DNA of 64,000 nt from Myxococcales bacterium (GCA_047601445.1 JASGJH010000001.1:3328001-3392000); one strand, 5' to 3'. Shown: positions 49,401 through 59,292, counted from the first letter of the stretch. A program made the numbers and translations. The notes: generated by a model from the letters alone, not told the origin.

Positions 49401-51019
49401 AGCAGGTGCGCTCCCCAGGGCGTCTGGCGCGTTCGATCGCACAGTGCCACGCCCACGTCCGCCGAGCCGTAGCCCGCCGAAGGCCCGCGTCCCACGAAGC
49501 AAACGGTGCGGCCCTCGCTCTGCAGGCGGCGGATGCCATCCACGAGGCCTCGCTGCAGCCCGATGACGTCGTCCGGATGCAGCCCCTCGGCCACACTAAG
49601 GTCGTCGCTCGCCAACACCACCTGCATGCCGAGCTTGCGCGCCGCGGAGATGGCTTCGCCCACGCCAGCTTCGGGCGCAATTTGCACTTCCACCAAGCCC
49701 ACTACGCGGTCGTGCTGGGTCAGCGCCAGGATCAGCGCGCCACGCTGGGCACGCTCGGCCATCTCCACTTCGAGCTCGGCGTCGTCGAACTCCGCCAGCA
49801 AACGGGCAGGACCGAGGGTATACGCCTCACCGCGTTGCACACGCAGTGGACGGTCCGCCGCGAAGAGCTTGCGCGCTTCCGCCAAGGCCTGGGCCCGCGA
49901 CAGTCCGCGCAAGGCGAACACGTCGCCCACGAAGAACTTTTGACGCATCACCAAGTCTGCCGTGATCACCAGGCAATCGACCCGATCGAGGCGCCGCAAC
50001 GCCGCGGGCGAGAGCACCAACATGTGATGACGAGCGAACACGCGCCCGAGCTCCGCCGTGAAGAGCTCACGGCCCAGGCGCGCCGGCATCGGGAGCGCCG
50101 CGAAGCCGGCCGCGATGGCGCGCGAGGGACTGCGTGTGGTGAGCGCGCTGAGCCCGAACGTGCCGAGCGCGATCATCCAGGCTCGATCGGTGTAGCGCTC
50201 GAGCTCGCCCTTGGGAATCTCGCAGGGCCGCTGCTCGGGCAGCGTCGTCGTGGATACCACGCCATCATGGGCCGTCAGCGCTTCCGCCCAGCGCTGCCAC
50301 AGCGCGTTACGCTCGCGCAGCTCGCGCAAGCTCACCAGCTTTTCGCTCAGATCGACCAGCGAGCTCAGCGGCCGCTGCGAAAGGCCCTGGGCGCCCGCCA
50401 TGGCGATGTGCAGCAAGAAGTCCGCGCGCTGGCGTCCCAGGCGTTCGTCGAGCGGACGCCGCAGCCGCTCAATCTGAGAGATCGCGAACAGGAGTCCGTA
50501 CAAGTTGGTGCCCAGGCGCCGCGGCACGAAAGGGACCAGCCGGAAAGACAGGCCCGCCATCAGCGACAACGCATCGGCCACCGCGGCGACGCTGAGCTCG
50601 CGATCGAGCTGCGAATCATCCGGCAGCGCCCGCTCCAGGAGTGCCCGCTCCGCCGCCGCCCGCAGACGCGCGGCCGAGCGATCGTCCGGACTGGGCTCGC
50701 CCACCACCTGGGAAGCGCGACTCGCCGCCAGGTTCTGCTCCACCAGTTGGACCCACTGAGACAGGCGCTCGGCCGACCAAACGTCACCGTGGAAGCGCAA
50801 GCCGATTCGCCGCGTGAACGGGTTGAGGACAGCGCTCACCGGGCCGTCGCCCTCATCCGCCGCCAGGGCCTCCTGCACGATGCGCTCGAATGCGGGCTGA
50901 TCTGCTGCCGCGACGCCGCGATATTCCACGTGGGCCACGCTACCCACGACACTCACGGCCCGCTCTCGCTCGCCGAGGAACAATTGCCGCATTTTCGCCG
51001 CGCGTTGGAACAGGTTCAT
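46486..51019 (-). CDS. Giant P-type ATPase, CtpH/CtpI-like, about 1510 aa (+1 frameshift at 48728-48733)
   Basis: LTGES, AVPEGLP, DKTGTLT, KGAPE, TGDH, GDGAND; N-terminal half is a degenerate P-type copy; length 4534 = 3n+1. Confidence 0.85.
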
Positions 51020-51216
51020 CGCAGAACCCGCGCCCGGCTCGACCGCATTTCCCCAGCCATGACTACAGCTTTGGCACGAACAGATCGCCTCGCCAACACG
51101 GATTTGCCCTCGCTCTCCCTTGATCCGCGAGAGTACGAAAGTACAACAGCGCCCCGTTGACTTTTGTGGCGTCGCAGCGCGCAAATCCGCGCCCCGGCGA
51201 AGATAGGTAGGAGAGC

Positions 51217-52411
51217 ATGCGCGTCGACAGCGTGGAGCAGTTCACCAAGCTCGTGTCGGAGTACGAGGCCGCTGAAGGCTACACGCGCCCGCAGGCGTAC
51301 GGCGTAGGCCTCGCCACCTTCGGGGTGTCCGACTTCGGCGCGCCCGAGCGTATCGCAGACGGTGCAAGCGCCCTCGACACCTGGTTCCCCGCCCCCAACT
51401 GTGACGAGAACTTCGGCACCGCTGCCATCCTGGCGCACCTCGTCGGACATCGCTCCGGCAGCAAGAGCTACCGCCTCACGCGCGAACTCCTGGCCAGCGC
51501 CCTCGACTACTTCGCCCCCTTCGCCCAGGACGGCAAGTTCCACCCAAACATCGCCGCCCTCGAGCAGCTCGCCGGGACCCTCTCGCGCCTCGAGCGCGAC
51601 GCAGCGCGCTATGCCAAGGGCGAATCCAGCCTGCATCAAGTGCTCCCGCGGGCAGCCGTGGTCACCTTCGTCGGCGACCTCAAGCAGAAGCCCGTGGATG
51701 CCCATGATGCCTATCTACGTCTCCACCTGCTCTCGACCCGCAAGATCAAGCCCCACGGCCAGAGCCTGGAAGGCGTGTTTGGGCTGCTGTCCAACGTGGT
51801 TTGGACCAACGTGGGCCCCTTCGCCCCCGAGGGCTTCGAGCGGGTGCGCGGCGTGCTGCGCAGCCAGGGCGTCTCGGTGCACGTGCACTCCATCGACAAG
51901 TTCCCGCGCATGACGGACTACGTGGTCCCCACGGGGGTGCGCGTGGCCGACGCCGACCGCGTACGGCTCGGGGCCTACCTGGGCGAAGGCACGACCGTGA
52001 TGCACGAGGGGTTCGTAAACTTCAACGCCGGCACGCTCGGCAAGTCCATGGTCGAGGGCCGCATCAGCGCGGGTGTCACCGTGGACGATGGCAGCGACAT
52101 CGGCGGCGGAGCCTCGATCATGGGGACCCTGTCGGGCGGCGGCAACATGGTGGTCAAAATCGGCAAGGGCTCGCTGCTCGGCGCCAATGCCGGTTGCGGC
52201 ATCCCGCTGGGCAATGGCTGCACCATCGAGGCCGGCCTGTACATCACGGCAGGCACCAAGGTGCAGCTCGCCGACGGCCGGGTGATCAAGGCTCGCGAGC
52301 TGGCGGGACACGACGATTCTCCTGTTCCGCCGCAACAGCCTCACCGGCGCCGTCGAGGTGGCTCACAAGAAGAACGAAGTGGTCCTCAACCCCGAGCTCC
52401 ACAAGAACTAG
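51217..52411 (+). CDS. dapD: Tetrahydrodipicolinate N-succinyltransferase (+1 frameshift at 52315-52320)
   Basis: [42 protein letters not shown]; corrected end [24 protein letters not shown]. Confidence 0.93.
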
Positions 52412-52442
52412 GGCCGGGCGACAGGTTGGCGCACTGGGTCGA

Positions 52443-53465
52443 CTAGCTGGCCCGCGAGAGCGGCTCGTAGAGCTCGTCCGCGACACGCTGCTCCAGGCTC
52501 TGTACGCGCGGCGTAGCCGCGATGGCCTCCACCACTTTGGTGACCACCTCGCGGTCCCGCAGCACGCGCCGATGCCCCAGGCCCTGGGTCGTGAACAAGT
52601 CTGCGCTCGGCCAATGCCGGAACAGCTCGAGCCCGTGCTCGTACGGCACCTCGCGGTCGTTCCGGTCGTGAACCACAAGCGCGGGAAGCTCGAGCCTCGG
52701 CGTCAGCTGGCGCAGGTCGAAGCCCTCGAAGTTCACGCCGTAGCGCTCTCCGAGGCGAGCCTTCACGCCCTCGAGGGCCGCCCGCGAGAGCTGCAAGGTA
52801 CGCCCGAACTCGGCCAAGAACTCGCGTGGATGGAGCGGGCTCGCGATGGTGATCAGCCGCCTGCCGAAGGACCGCCGCGAGCGCGCGTAGACCGCCGCCG
52901 TGCCGCCCAGTGAATGACCGATCACGGCGTGCACCTCGCCGACCCGCTTCACGATGCCCTCGAGCACCTCGGTGAACTCCATCACCGTGACGCGCGCGGC
53001 CTCGGCGTCGCCGTGCCCAGGTTGGTCCCAGGACACCACGCGAAAGCCCTGCGCCACCAGGGACGCCACGAAGGGCGCCACCTGGCTGCCGCGCCCCTCC
53101 CAGCCGTGCGAGAACAGCACCACGGGCCCTTGCCCCCACGAGTACACCGGCACCCGGTGACCTGCGATGTGCCAGAGCTCGCGCCGCGCCGAAGCCAGCA
53201 CCTGCTGCTCTTCCGGCGGACGACGATGCCTGCGCGGACTCATGAACAGCGGCTCGGCCGCCCGTGCGGAGAGCTTGGGCGACACGAAGTCGAGCACCCG
53301 CAAGAGCCGGCGGACCTGCTGCAGCTGTGGCTCGGCCCGCGCATCCGCCTGGCCAGCAACCGGGGCGCCGCGTTCCGGTCCCTCGGGCGCTCCGCGATGC
53401 TCGACTACTGGCTCCGAATACACTCGACCGTTCGTGCTTTTATTGGAATGCAGTGACGAGTCCAT
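52443..53465 (-). CDS. Alpha/beta hydrolase
   Basis: HGWEG, DQPGHG, GHSLGG, HDRND, GLGH. Confidence 0.9.
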   Translation of the reverse strand: MDSSLHSNKSTNGRVYSEPVVEHRGAPEGPERGAPVAGQADARAEPQLQQVRRLLRVLDFVSPKLSARAAEPLFMSPRRHRRPPEEQQVLASARRELWHIAGHRVPVYSWGQGPVVLFSHGWEGRGSQVAPFVASLVAQGFRVVSWDQPGHGDAEAARVTVMEFTEVLEGIVKRVGEVHAVIGHSLGGTAAVYARSRRSFGRRLITIASPLHPREFLAEFGRTLQLSRAALEGVKARLGERYGVNFEGFDLRQLTPRLELPALVVHDRNDREVPYEHGLELFRHWPSADLFTTQGLGHRRVLRDREVVTKVVEAIAATPRVQSLEQRVADELYEPLSRAS

Positions 53466-53494
53466 GACTTCCTCCCGTTCGAAATCACGCGTCC

Positions 53495-54100
53495 TTAGTT
53501 GGAGAGTCGCGGTGCACGGGCGTCAGCCAGCAGGCGCTCGAAGGCGGCCCGCACGCGACGCTCGACGTTGGGGATGCGCAAGAGACGCTTGTGCATCTGA
53601 TAGCTGTCGTAGACACCGTAGGCCTCGAAGGCGAACTGCTCCGGATCCAGGTCAGCTCGGAAGTGACCCTCCTCCTGGGCAATACGCACGGCCTGAGCCA
53701 GCGCTCCCAGCCAATCGCGCTGGGAGGCCACCAGGCGCTCGCGCGCGGGGCCGGGTCGATCGTCGAGCTCAACCGCCGTGGCGAAGAAAATGCAGCCTCC
53801 GGGCATGAACTCTTGTTCGCCCCAGGCAAGCCAGCGTTTCAACAGCGCACGCACACGTGGCTCCCCGCGCGGCTCACGCAGCGCCGGCGAGATCACGAGC
53901 TCTACAAAGCGTCGCACGGCCTCGTCGAGCACGGCGACCTGCAGGTTGTCCTTGGAGCTGAAGTGCGCGAACAGTCCGCTCTTCGACATCCCGACCTTAT
54001 CGGCCAGCACCCCGATGCTGAGGCCGGAAAGGCCCTGCTCGCTCGCAATCCGCAGCGCCTGCTCTACAATGCCTCGACGGGTATCTTCGCCCTTGCCCAT
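53495..54100 (-). CDS. TetR/AcrR family transcriptional regulator
   Basis: GLSGLSIGVLADKVGMSKSGLFAHF HTH; PGGCIF C-domain. Confidence 0.93.
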   Translation of the reverse strand: MGKGEDTRRGIVEQALRIASEQGLSGLSIGVLADKVGMSKSGLFAHFSSKDNLQVAVLDEAVRRFVELVISPALREPRGEPRVRALLKRWLAWGEQEFMPGGCIFFATAVELDDRPGPARERLVASQRDWLGALAQAVRIAQEEGHFRADLDPEQFAFEAYGVYDSYQMHKRLLRIPNVERRVRAAFERLLADARAPRLSN

Positions 54101-54112
54101 ACCCGACACAAA

Positions 54113-54132
54113 TAGAACGACCGGTCGTTTTA
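54113..54132. promoter_or_regulatory. Putative TetR operator
   Basis: Perfect 14-bp palindrome AACGACCGGTCGTT (54116-54129) just upstream of the TetR start. Confidence 0.7.
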
Positions 54133-54143
54133 GTCAAGTGCGC

Positions 54144-54882
54144 TCAACGCGAGCCCAGCAGTACCCCACGCTGGAGCGCCAAGGTGACCCCGGTTGCGAG
54201 CTCCTCGAGCAATGCTTCGTCGAAAACTTTCCCCAATGAATACGCAGACATGCGTACTAGAATCCGCCAGCGACGCCGCGTTGTCGCGACGGGCACATCG
54301 CAGGACTTCGGTGAACAGCGGGTCGGCCGCGTACCAGCGGATGTCGTCGATCTGGGGCGGTCGATAGACCAGCAGGCTGCAGGGCTCCGTGCGGCACGAC
54401 GTGTCCTCGAGTTCGTGCACCCGATGCGACAACGCGAGCTGCTCGAGCGCCGCGTTGAACACGGGGATACCCGCGAAGTCGAACTCCTTGATGCCCGGGG
54501 GCGGCTCCGCCTTGCGGTAGGCCACTCGCCACTTGGCTTCCTCGAAGCGCAGGAGGTCGGCGGCGTAGACCGGACTGTCCGAGAGCAGCTCGGTATCGTC
54601 CACGGCGAACGTTCCGAAGGCGGCGATCACCTCGCGAATGAGCGGACTACGCGGCGGTTGCGCGGCCAAGAAGCGCATGAAGCTGCGCTCGCAGGCCTCG
54701 GTTCCCAGCAGCTCGAAGCTCTTGCGGAAGGCTTGCTTGGCCATCCCGAGGAAGCGGGTCCGAATCATCTGGCGATACATCACGAAGCGCCCGCGATCCT
54801 CGAAGCCCTCGAAGTCTCGCTCGTCGGCCTCGGGCGCGAAGCTGAGCTTCACGAGGGCGCGCTGGTACTCGGCCAGGTTCAC
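54144..54882 (-). CDS. MNIO partner/peptide-binding chaperone (DUF2063, HvfC/BufC-like; +1 frameshift at 54259-54264)
   Basis: LAEYQRAL..RFVMYRQMI..F..FL...PPRSP..DLLRFEEA; start overlaps MNIO stop; corrected end LATGVTLALQRGVLLGSR*. Confidence 0.75.
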
Positions 54883-55751
54883 ACGGCCACCTTGGGAAGC
54901 ACGGACGCCTCTGCCGCTTGGAGCGCGCGCTGATAGATCGCGTCGAGGCGCGTGACCTCGGCGAGCAACTCCGAGAGCGCGGGGAAGTTGTCGTCGCGCT
55001 CGAGCAGGACGGGCAGGCGTCGTCCCAGCTTGCCCATGGTGTACTCGAACAACGCGAAGACCTCCTCACACACGGGCTCCGCGTGGGTATCGATGCGAAG
55101 GCCGTCCGGGCGCACCAGGTGCCCTGCCACGTGCAGCTGCACCACGCGCTCCAGCGGGAGTCCATCGATGAAAGCGCGCGGATCGAAACCGTGGTTTTGG
55201 CTGTTCACGAACACGTTGTTCACGTCGAGCAAGAGCTTGGCGTCCGAGCGCTCGAGGACCTCCACCAGGTGCTCGAGCTCGCTCATGCTGCCGCCGGGTG
55301 CATGGGCGTAATAGCTGATGTGTTCGAGGGCGATGGGCACGCCGAGTGCGTCCTGAGCTTGGTGCACGCGGTCGACCACCACATCCACGCATTCGCGGTT
55401 GAAGGGCAACGGCAAGAGGTCGTGAGCGAACACGCCGTCGACGCCCGCGAAGCACAGATGATCGGAGTGCCAGGGAACCTCGAGCTCCGCGAGTAGTCCG
55501 CGCAGCTCACGCAGATCAGCCTGCTCGAAAGGAGCCACGGAACCGAAGGCCATGGTGAGCCCGTGGGTCAGGAGCGGGAAGCGTTCGCGCGCCGTGCCCA
55601 ACATGGTCTCGTAACGTCCCCCGCGCTGGAGGTAGTTCTCGGGATGGATCTCGAGCCAGCGTACGGGCGTGTGCGGGGCCTCGAAGAGCTCCCTAGCCAG
55701 CGCATGTCGCAAGCCGAGCCCGATACCCTCTGCCTTGGTCCCGTGCGCCAC
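54879..55751 (-). CDS. Multinuclear non-heme iron oxidase (MNIO, DUF692)
   Basis: GLGLR, LEIHPENY, HGL, HSDHLCF, HDLLPLP, LLLDVNNVFVN..NHG, LHVAGH, IDTH, LLERD. Confidence 0.95.
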   Translation of the reverse strand: MAHGTKAEGIGLGLRHALARELFEAPHTPVRWLEIHPENYLQRGGRYETMLGTARERFPLLTHGLTMAFGSVAPFEQADLRELRGLLAELEVPWHSDHLCFAGVDGVFAHDLLPLPFNRECVDVVVDRVHQAQDALGVPIALEHISYYAHAPGGSMSELEHLVEVLERSDAKLLLDVNNVFVNSQNHGFDPRAFIDGLPLERVVQLHVAGHLVRPDGLRIDTHAEPVCEEVFALFEYTMGKLGRRLPVLLERDDNFPALSELLAEVTRLDAIYQRALQAAEASVLPKVAV

Positions 55752-55768
55752 TCGTCTGCCCCTTTCTA

Positions 55769-55826
55769 CTGCTCGCTTCGCCCGAGGGCGCGCTTCCTCG
55801 GCTCACGCCCGGGGGCGCGCTTCGAC
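55769..55826 (+). repeat. REP-like element family A, two copies
   Basis: CTGCTCGCTTCGCCCGAGGGCGCGCTTC and GCTCACGCCCGGGGGCGCGCTTCG. Confidence 0.7.
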
Positions 55827-55946
55827 CAGTCCGAAAACTAACGCCAAAATTGCAAAAGCGCCGCGACGAACCCGCCACGGCGCCCTCTGCCTACACGAAC
55901 CTAGGTCGTGCTCGTCCGAGCAGCTCCCTGAGGTTCGCTCACCCGA

Positions 55947-56201
55947 TCACTTGGACGCGCCGCAGCTGCCACCGCCGCAGGACGACTCGCCGCCACCCTC
56001 GGCCGGAGCTGCGCCCTCGGCCGGAGCCGTGCCCTCGGCCGGAGCGGCCGCACCACCACAGGATTGCTCGGCACCACTCGCGGCCTCGGCGGCCTCACCA
56101 GCGGCGGGCTCGGCAGCCTTCTTGGCACAGCCACCGACCAGGCTCAGTCCCAGGGTCGCCGCTGCCATCGTCAGAACCTGTGCACGCAACTTGGAATCCA
56201 T
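55947..56201 (-). CDS. Putative MNIO RiPP precursor with lipoprotein signal and three SCG motifs
   Basis: GGAGAGG SD; lipobox-like VGG-C25; QSCGG, ESSCGGGSCGASK; directly upstream of MNIO. Confidence 0.85.
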   Translation of the reverse strand: MDSKLRAQVLTMAAATLGLSLVGGCAKKAAEPAAGEAAEAASGAEQSCGGAAAPAEGTAPAEGAAPAEGGGESSCGGGSCGASK

Positions 56202-56263
56202 GATGTTTTCCTCTCCTGTGGACGGCTCGTTCGGACTGAACGGAGCCGTCTTGGTGTCGTGAC

Positions 56264-56290
56264 TACGCGTCGAAGGCGGGCCGAGTTACA
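56264..56290 (-). promoter_or_regulatory. ECF16/SigF-like promoter
   Basis: Minus strand TGTAACT-N16-CGTA, resembling the GTAACC-N16-CGAA SigF consensus, about 60 nt upstream of the precursor. Confidence 0.65.
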
Positions 56291-56467
56291 AACAATCGAT
56301 TGCGGAACTCAGAAATCGAGCGCACGCGCTCGCAACGTCCCCAACGGTGCGCCGCACGATAGCAAACAGGTTTTTGGATGGAAACAAAGAAAACTCAGGT
56401 GCGGGCTAGCCCTGCCCGGGGTACCTTCCGGTGCTCGAGCTTGCGTATCCAAAGGACATATTTCTTC

Positions 56468-56571
56468 GCTCGCGCGCCCGAGGGCGCGCTTCGACCGAAC
56501 GAGTTCGTTGGGCGTGTTCTCGAGCAGCCTCAGCCACTTCTCTGCTCGCGTCGCCCGAGGGCGCGCTTCGA
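56468..56571 (+). repeat. REP-like element family A, two copies
   Basis: GCTCGCGCGCCCGAGGGCGCGCTTCGA and TCTGCTCGCGTCGCCCGAGGGCGCGCTTCGA. Confidence 0.75.
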
Positions 56572-56580
56572 CTTGAAACG

Positions 56581-57414
56581 ATGAAACGTCCTGCCGCCGT
56601 ACCCAGCGATAAATCCCCCGTCGAGAGGTTGATCGGGCTCTGCATGTGGGCTCCAGGCGTGACCTGGTTGTCGAGCATGATGAGCACCATGATGCTCGTG
56701 CAGCGCTTCGTGCCCTCCGATCGCATCGAGTGGCTCACGCGCACGTACACGCGCGGCCAGGTCTTGCTCACGGGCTCCCGGCTCCACTACCACGTGCATC
56801 CGGCGGTGGATCCCAAACAGGTCTACATGTTCGCGCAGAACCACGTGAACATGCTCGACCACTGCACTTGCTACAACGGCACGCCGCACTTCAAGCAAGG
56901 CATCGAACTGGCCGCGCACTTCGACGTGCCGTTCTACGGCTGGTTCATGCGTCAGCGCGGCACCATCCCGGTCTATCGCGATGCCAAGGACGGCGTGCGC
57001 AAGCTCATCGAGGGAGTGAAGGCGGAGACCGAGCGCGGACACTCCATCCTCGTGTTCCCCGAGGGCACCCGCACGCGCAGCGGTCGCGTGGGGAAGTTCA
57101 ATAGCGGCGTGTTCCGCGTGGCGCACTCGCTGGGCTTGCCCATCGTGCCCACCGCCGTCACCGGGATGTTCGAGGTGATGCGCACGGGCGAGCCGTTCAT
57201 CAATCCGGGCCTCGACGTGAACGTCTACTTCGACGAGCCCATCCCGACGCGTGGGGTCCCCGAATCCGAGCTACCTTCCATCATCGAGCGCACCCAGGCC
57301 GCGGTGACCAAGCGTGTCGATGCGTACTATGCCGCGCGCGGTGGCTATCCCGAGTTGATCCCCACCGAAGACGCACCCGAGCCCGAAAAGCCTCAAACCT
57401 CGCGAGCATCATGA
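56581..57414 (+). CDS. Lysophospholipid (PlsC-like) acyltransferase
   Basis: NHVNMLD (NHx4D), FPEGTR, LPIVP. Confidence 0.9.
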   Translation: MKRPAAVPSDKSPVERLIGLCMWAPGVTWLSSMMSTMMLVQRFVPSDRIEWLTRTYTRGQVLLTGSRLHYHVHPAVDPKQVYMFAQNHVNMLDHCTCYNGTPHFKQGIELAAHFDVPFYGWFMRQRGTIPVYRDAKDGVRKLIEGVKAETERGHSILVFPEGTRTRSGRVGKFNSGVFRVAHSLGLPIVPTAVTGMFEVMRTGEPFINPGLDVNVYFDEPIPTRGVPESELPSIIERTQAAVTKRVDAYYAARGGYPELIPTEDAPEPEKPQTSRAS

Positions 57415-59187
57415 CCACGGTTCGCAAGACGCGTCCCCGCAAAACTTCCCCCGCCACCACCAAGCTCAGCGGCGCCAAACGCACCAAAAAGGCGCGCAGC
57501 AAGCAGAGCTCCGAGAACAAGACCCTCGGGCTGCGCAACAAGGGCCCGCGCGAGCTCGACTCTGGACACGCGCGACGCCTCTTGCGCGCCATGGAGCAGG
57601 AGCTCACGCGCCAGATCCGCGGGCTGCGTCAGCCTGGCGAGCCGCCGCCGTTCTTCCTCTCGTATTTGCTGCACGCCAAGGAAGGCTTGAGCGTGTGGGG
57701 CCGCTACGGTTCCGTGTTCCGCTCCGAGCCGCAGCGCGACACCGATCTCTACGCCGAAGTGCGCGTGGGCTCGCATCGCCTGGACAACACCATCGACGGC
57801 GGCATCACCTCCGACCCTTCGCAGCGACAGTCGCTCAACTGGGTCGAGGGCCCCGAGGATCTCGATCCCGAGGTACTGCGCTACGCGCTCTGGAAGCTGA
57901 CCCAGCACAAGTACGACGAGGCGCTGCAGGAGTACTACGAGAAGAAGAAGATCCTCGTGGAGCAGCAACTGCCCATGGGTGGCAAGAGCTTCTCCAGTGA
58001 GCCGCAGCTCAAGCACTTCGACCAGGTGAAGCCGGTGGTGTTCCCCAAGGCACGCTGGGAGCGCTTCGTGCGCGAAGCCAGCGGGCTGTTTCGGGCCTAC
58101 CGCTACATGCTCGACCCTTACGTGCAGATCCGTGGGCTCAACAAGGTCCGCATCTTCGCCAACTCGGAGGGCACCCGCTTCATCTGCCAGGACACCTACT
58201 ACGAGATGTCGTTGCAGGCATGGCTGCTCGGGGACGACGGTGTGCACCTGGAGACCACGCGCACGTTCTACGGGCGTGATCCGGATTCGCTGCCGACGCT
58301 CAAGCAGGTGGCCAAGGCCGTCGACGAGATGGCGCGAGAGCTCAAGGATTCTCAAGCACAGCAAGCCGCTCGACCCCTACGCGGGCCCGGCGCTGCTGTC
58401 TGGGTTCGCCAGCGGTCTCATCTTCCACGAGGCCATCGGGCATCGTCTGGAAGGCGAGCGCATGGGCTCGCGCAGCGAAGGACACACCTTCGCCTCCAAG
58501 ATCGGCCAGCGCATCCTGCCGGTCGAAGTCGACATCGTAGACGACCCCACGCTCACCGAATTCGCCGGCAAGCCGTTGCACGGCGCCTACAGGGTCGACG
58601 ACGAGGGCGTGCGCGCGCAGCCCGCAGAGCTCGTGAAGGACGGTGTCCTCAAGAACTTCTTGATGAGCCGCCAGCTGGTGGAGGGCTTCAAGCAGTCCAA
58701 CGGCCACGGACGACACGAGCGCTTCCAGGATCCCATGGCGCGCATGGCAAACTTGATCGTGAGCGCGCGCGAGCCGAAGACCTGGGAGGAGCTGAAGCGC
58801 ATGCTGTGCGAGGAGACCCTGCGGCGCGGCCTGCCCTACGGCATCATCATCCGCGGCGTTTCCGCCGGCGAGACCCGCACCGACCAATACGACTTCCAGG
58901 CCTTCAAGGGCGTCCCTACCGCCGTCTACACGGTGGATCCCAAGACCGGCAAGGAGACCCGTGTGCGCGACGTGACCTTCATCGGCACGCCGCTCGCGGT
59001 GATTCAGCGCATCCTCGGCTTCGGCGATACGCCCGACGTGGACAACAGCTACTGCTACGCCGAGAGCGGCGCGGTCCCGGTGGCCACCGTGGCCCCGGCG
59101 ATGCTCGTGGGCGAGCTCGAGCTGCAGCGGGCGAGCACGCGTCGGTATCGTCCGGCCCGCCTGGCGATGCCACCCATGCGCCCCTGA
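57411..59187 (+). CDS. TldD/PmbA family metallopeptidase (+1 frameshift at 58347-58352)
   Basis: FHEAIGHRLEG, DDPT, DDEGV, SNGHGR, RMANL, C-terminal CYAESG; length 1777 = 3n+1. Confidence 0.88.
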
Positions 59188-59193
59188 GCGGGG

Positions 59194-59292
59194 GCTCGCG
59201 TCGCCCGAGGGAGCGCTTCGGCCGTTCTGCTCGCGTAGCCCGAGGGCGCGCTTCGGCCGTTCTGCTCGCGTCGCCCGAGGGCGCGCTTCGGC
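59194..59292 (+). repeat. REP-like element family A, three tandem 35-nt copies
   Basis: Unit GCTCGCGTCGCCCGAGGG(A/C)GCGCTTCGGCCGTTCT starting at 59194, 59229 and 59264. Confidence 0.9.

Noticed and set aside
52443..54100. TetR and alpha/beta hydrolase as RiPP tailoring genes
   Set aside because: They have their own operator and form a common stand-alone pair; co-orientation alone is insufficient.
59194..59292. Three 35-nt direct repeats as a mini CRISPR array
   Set aside because: Head-to-tail with no unique spacers, no cas genes, and the same unit is scattered in other intergenic regions.
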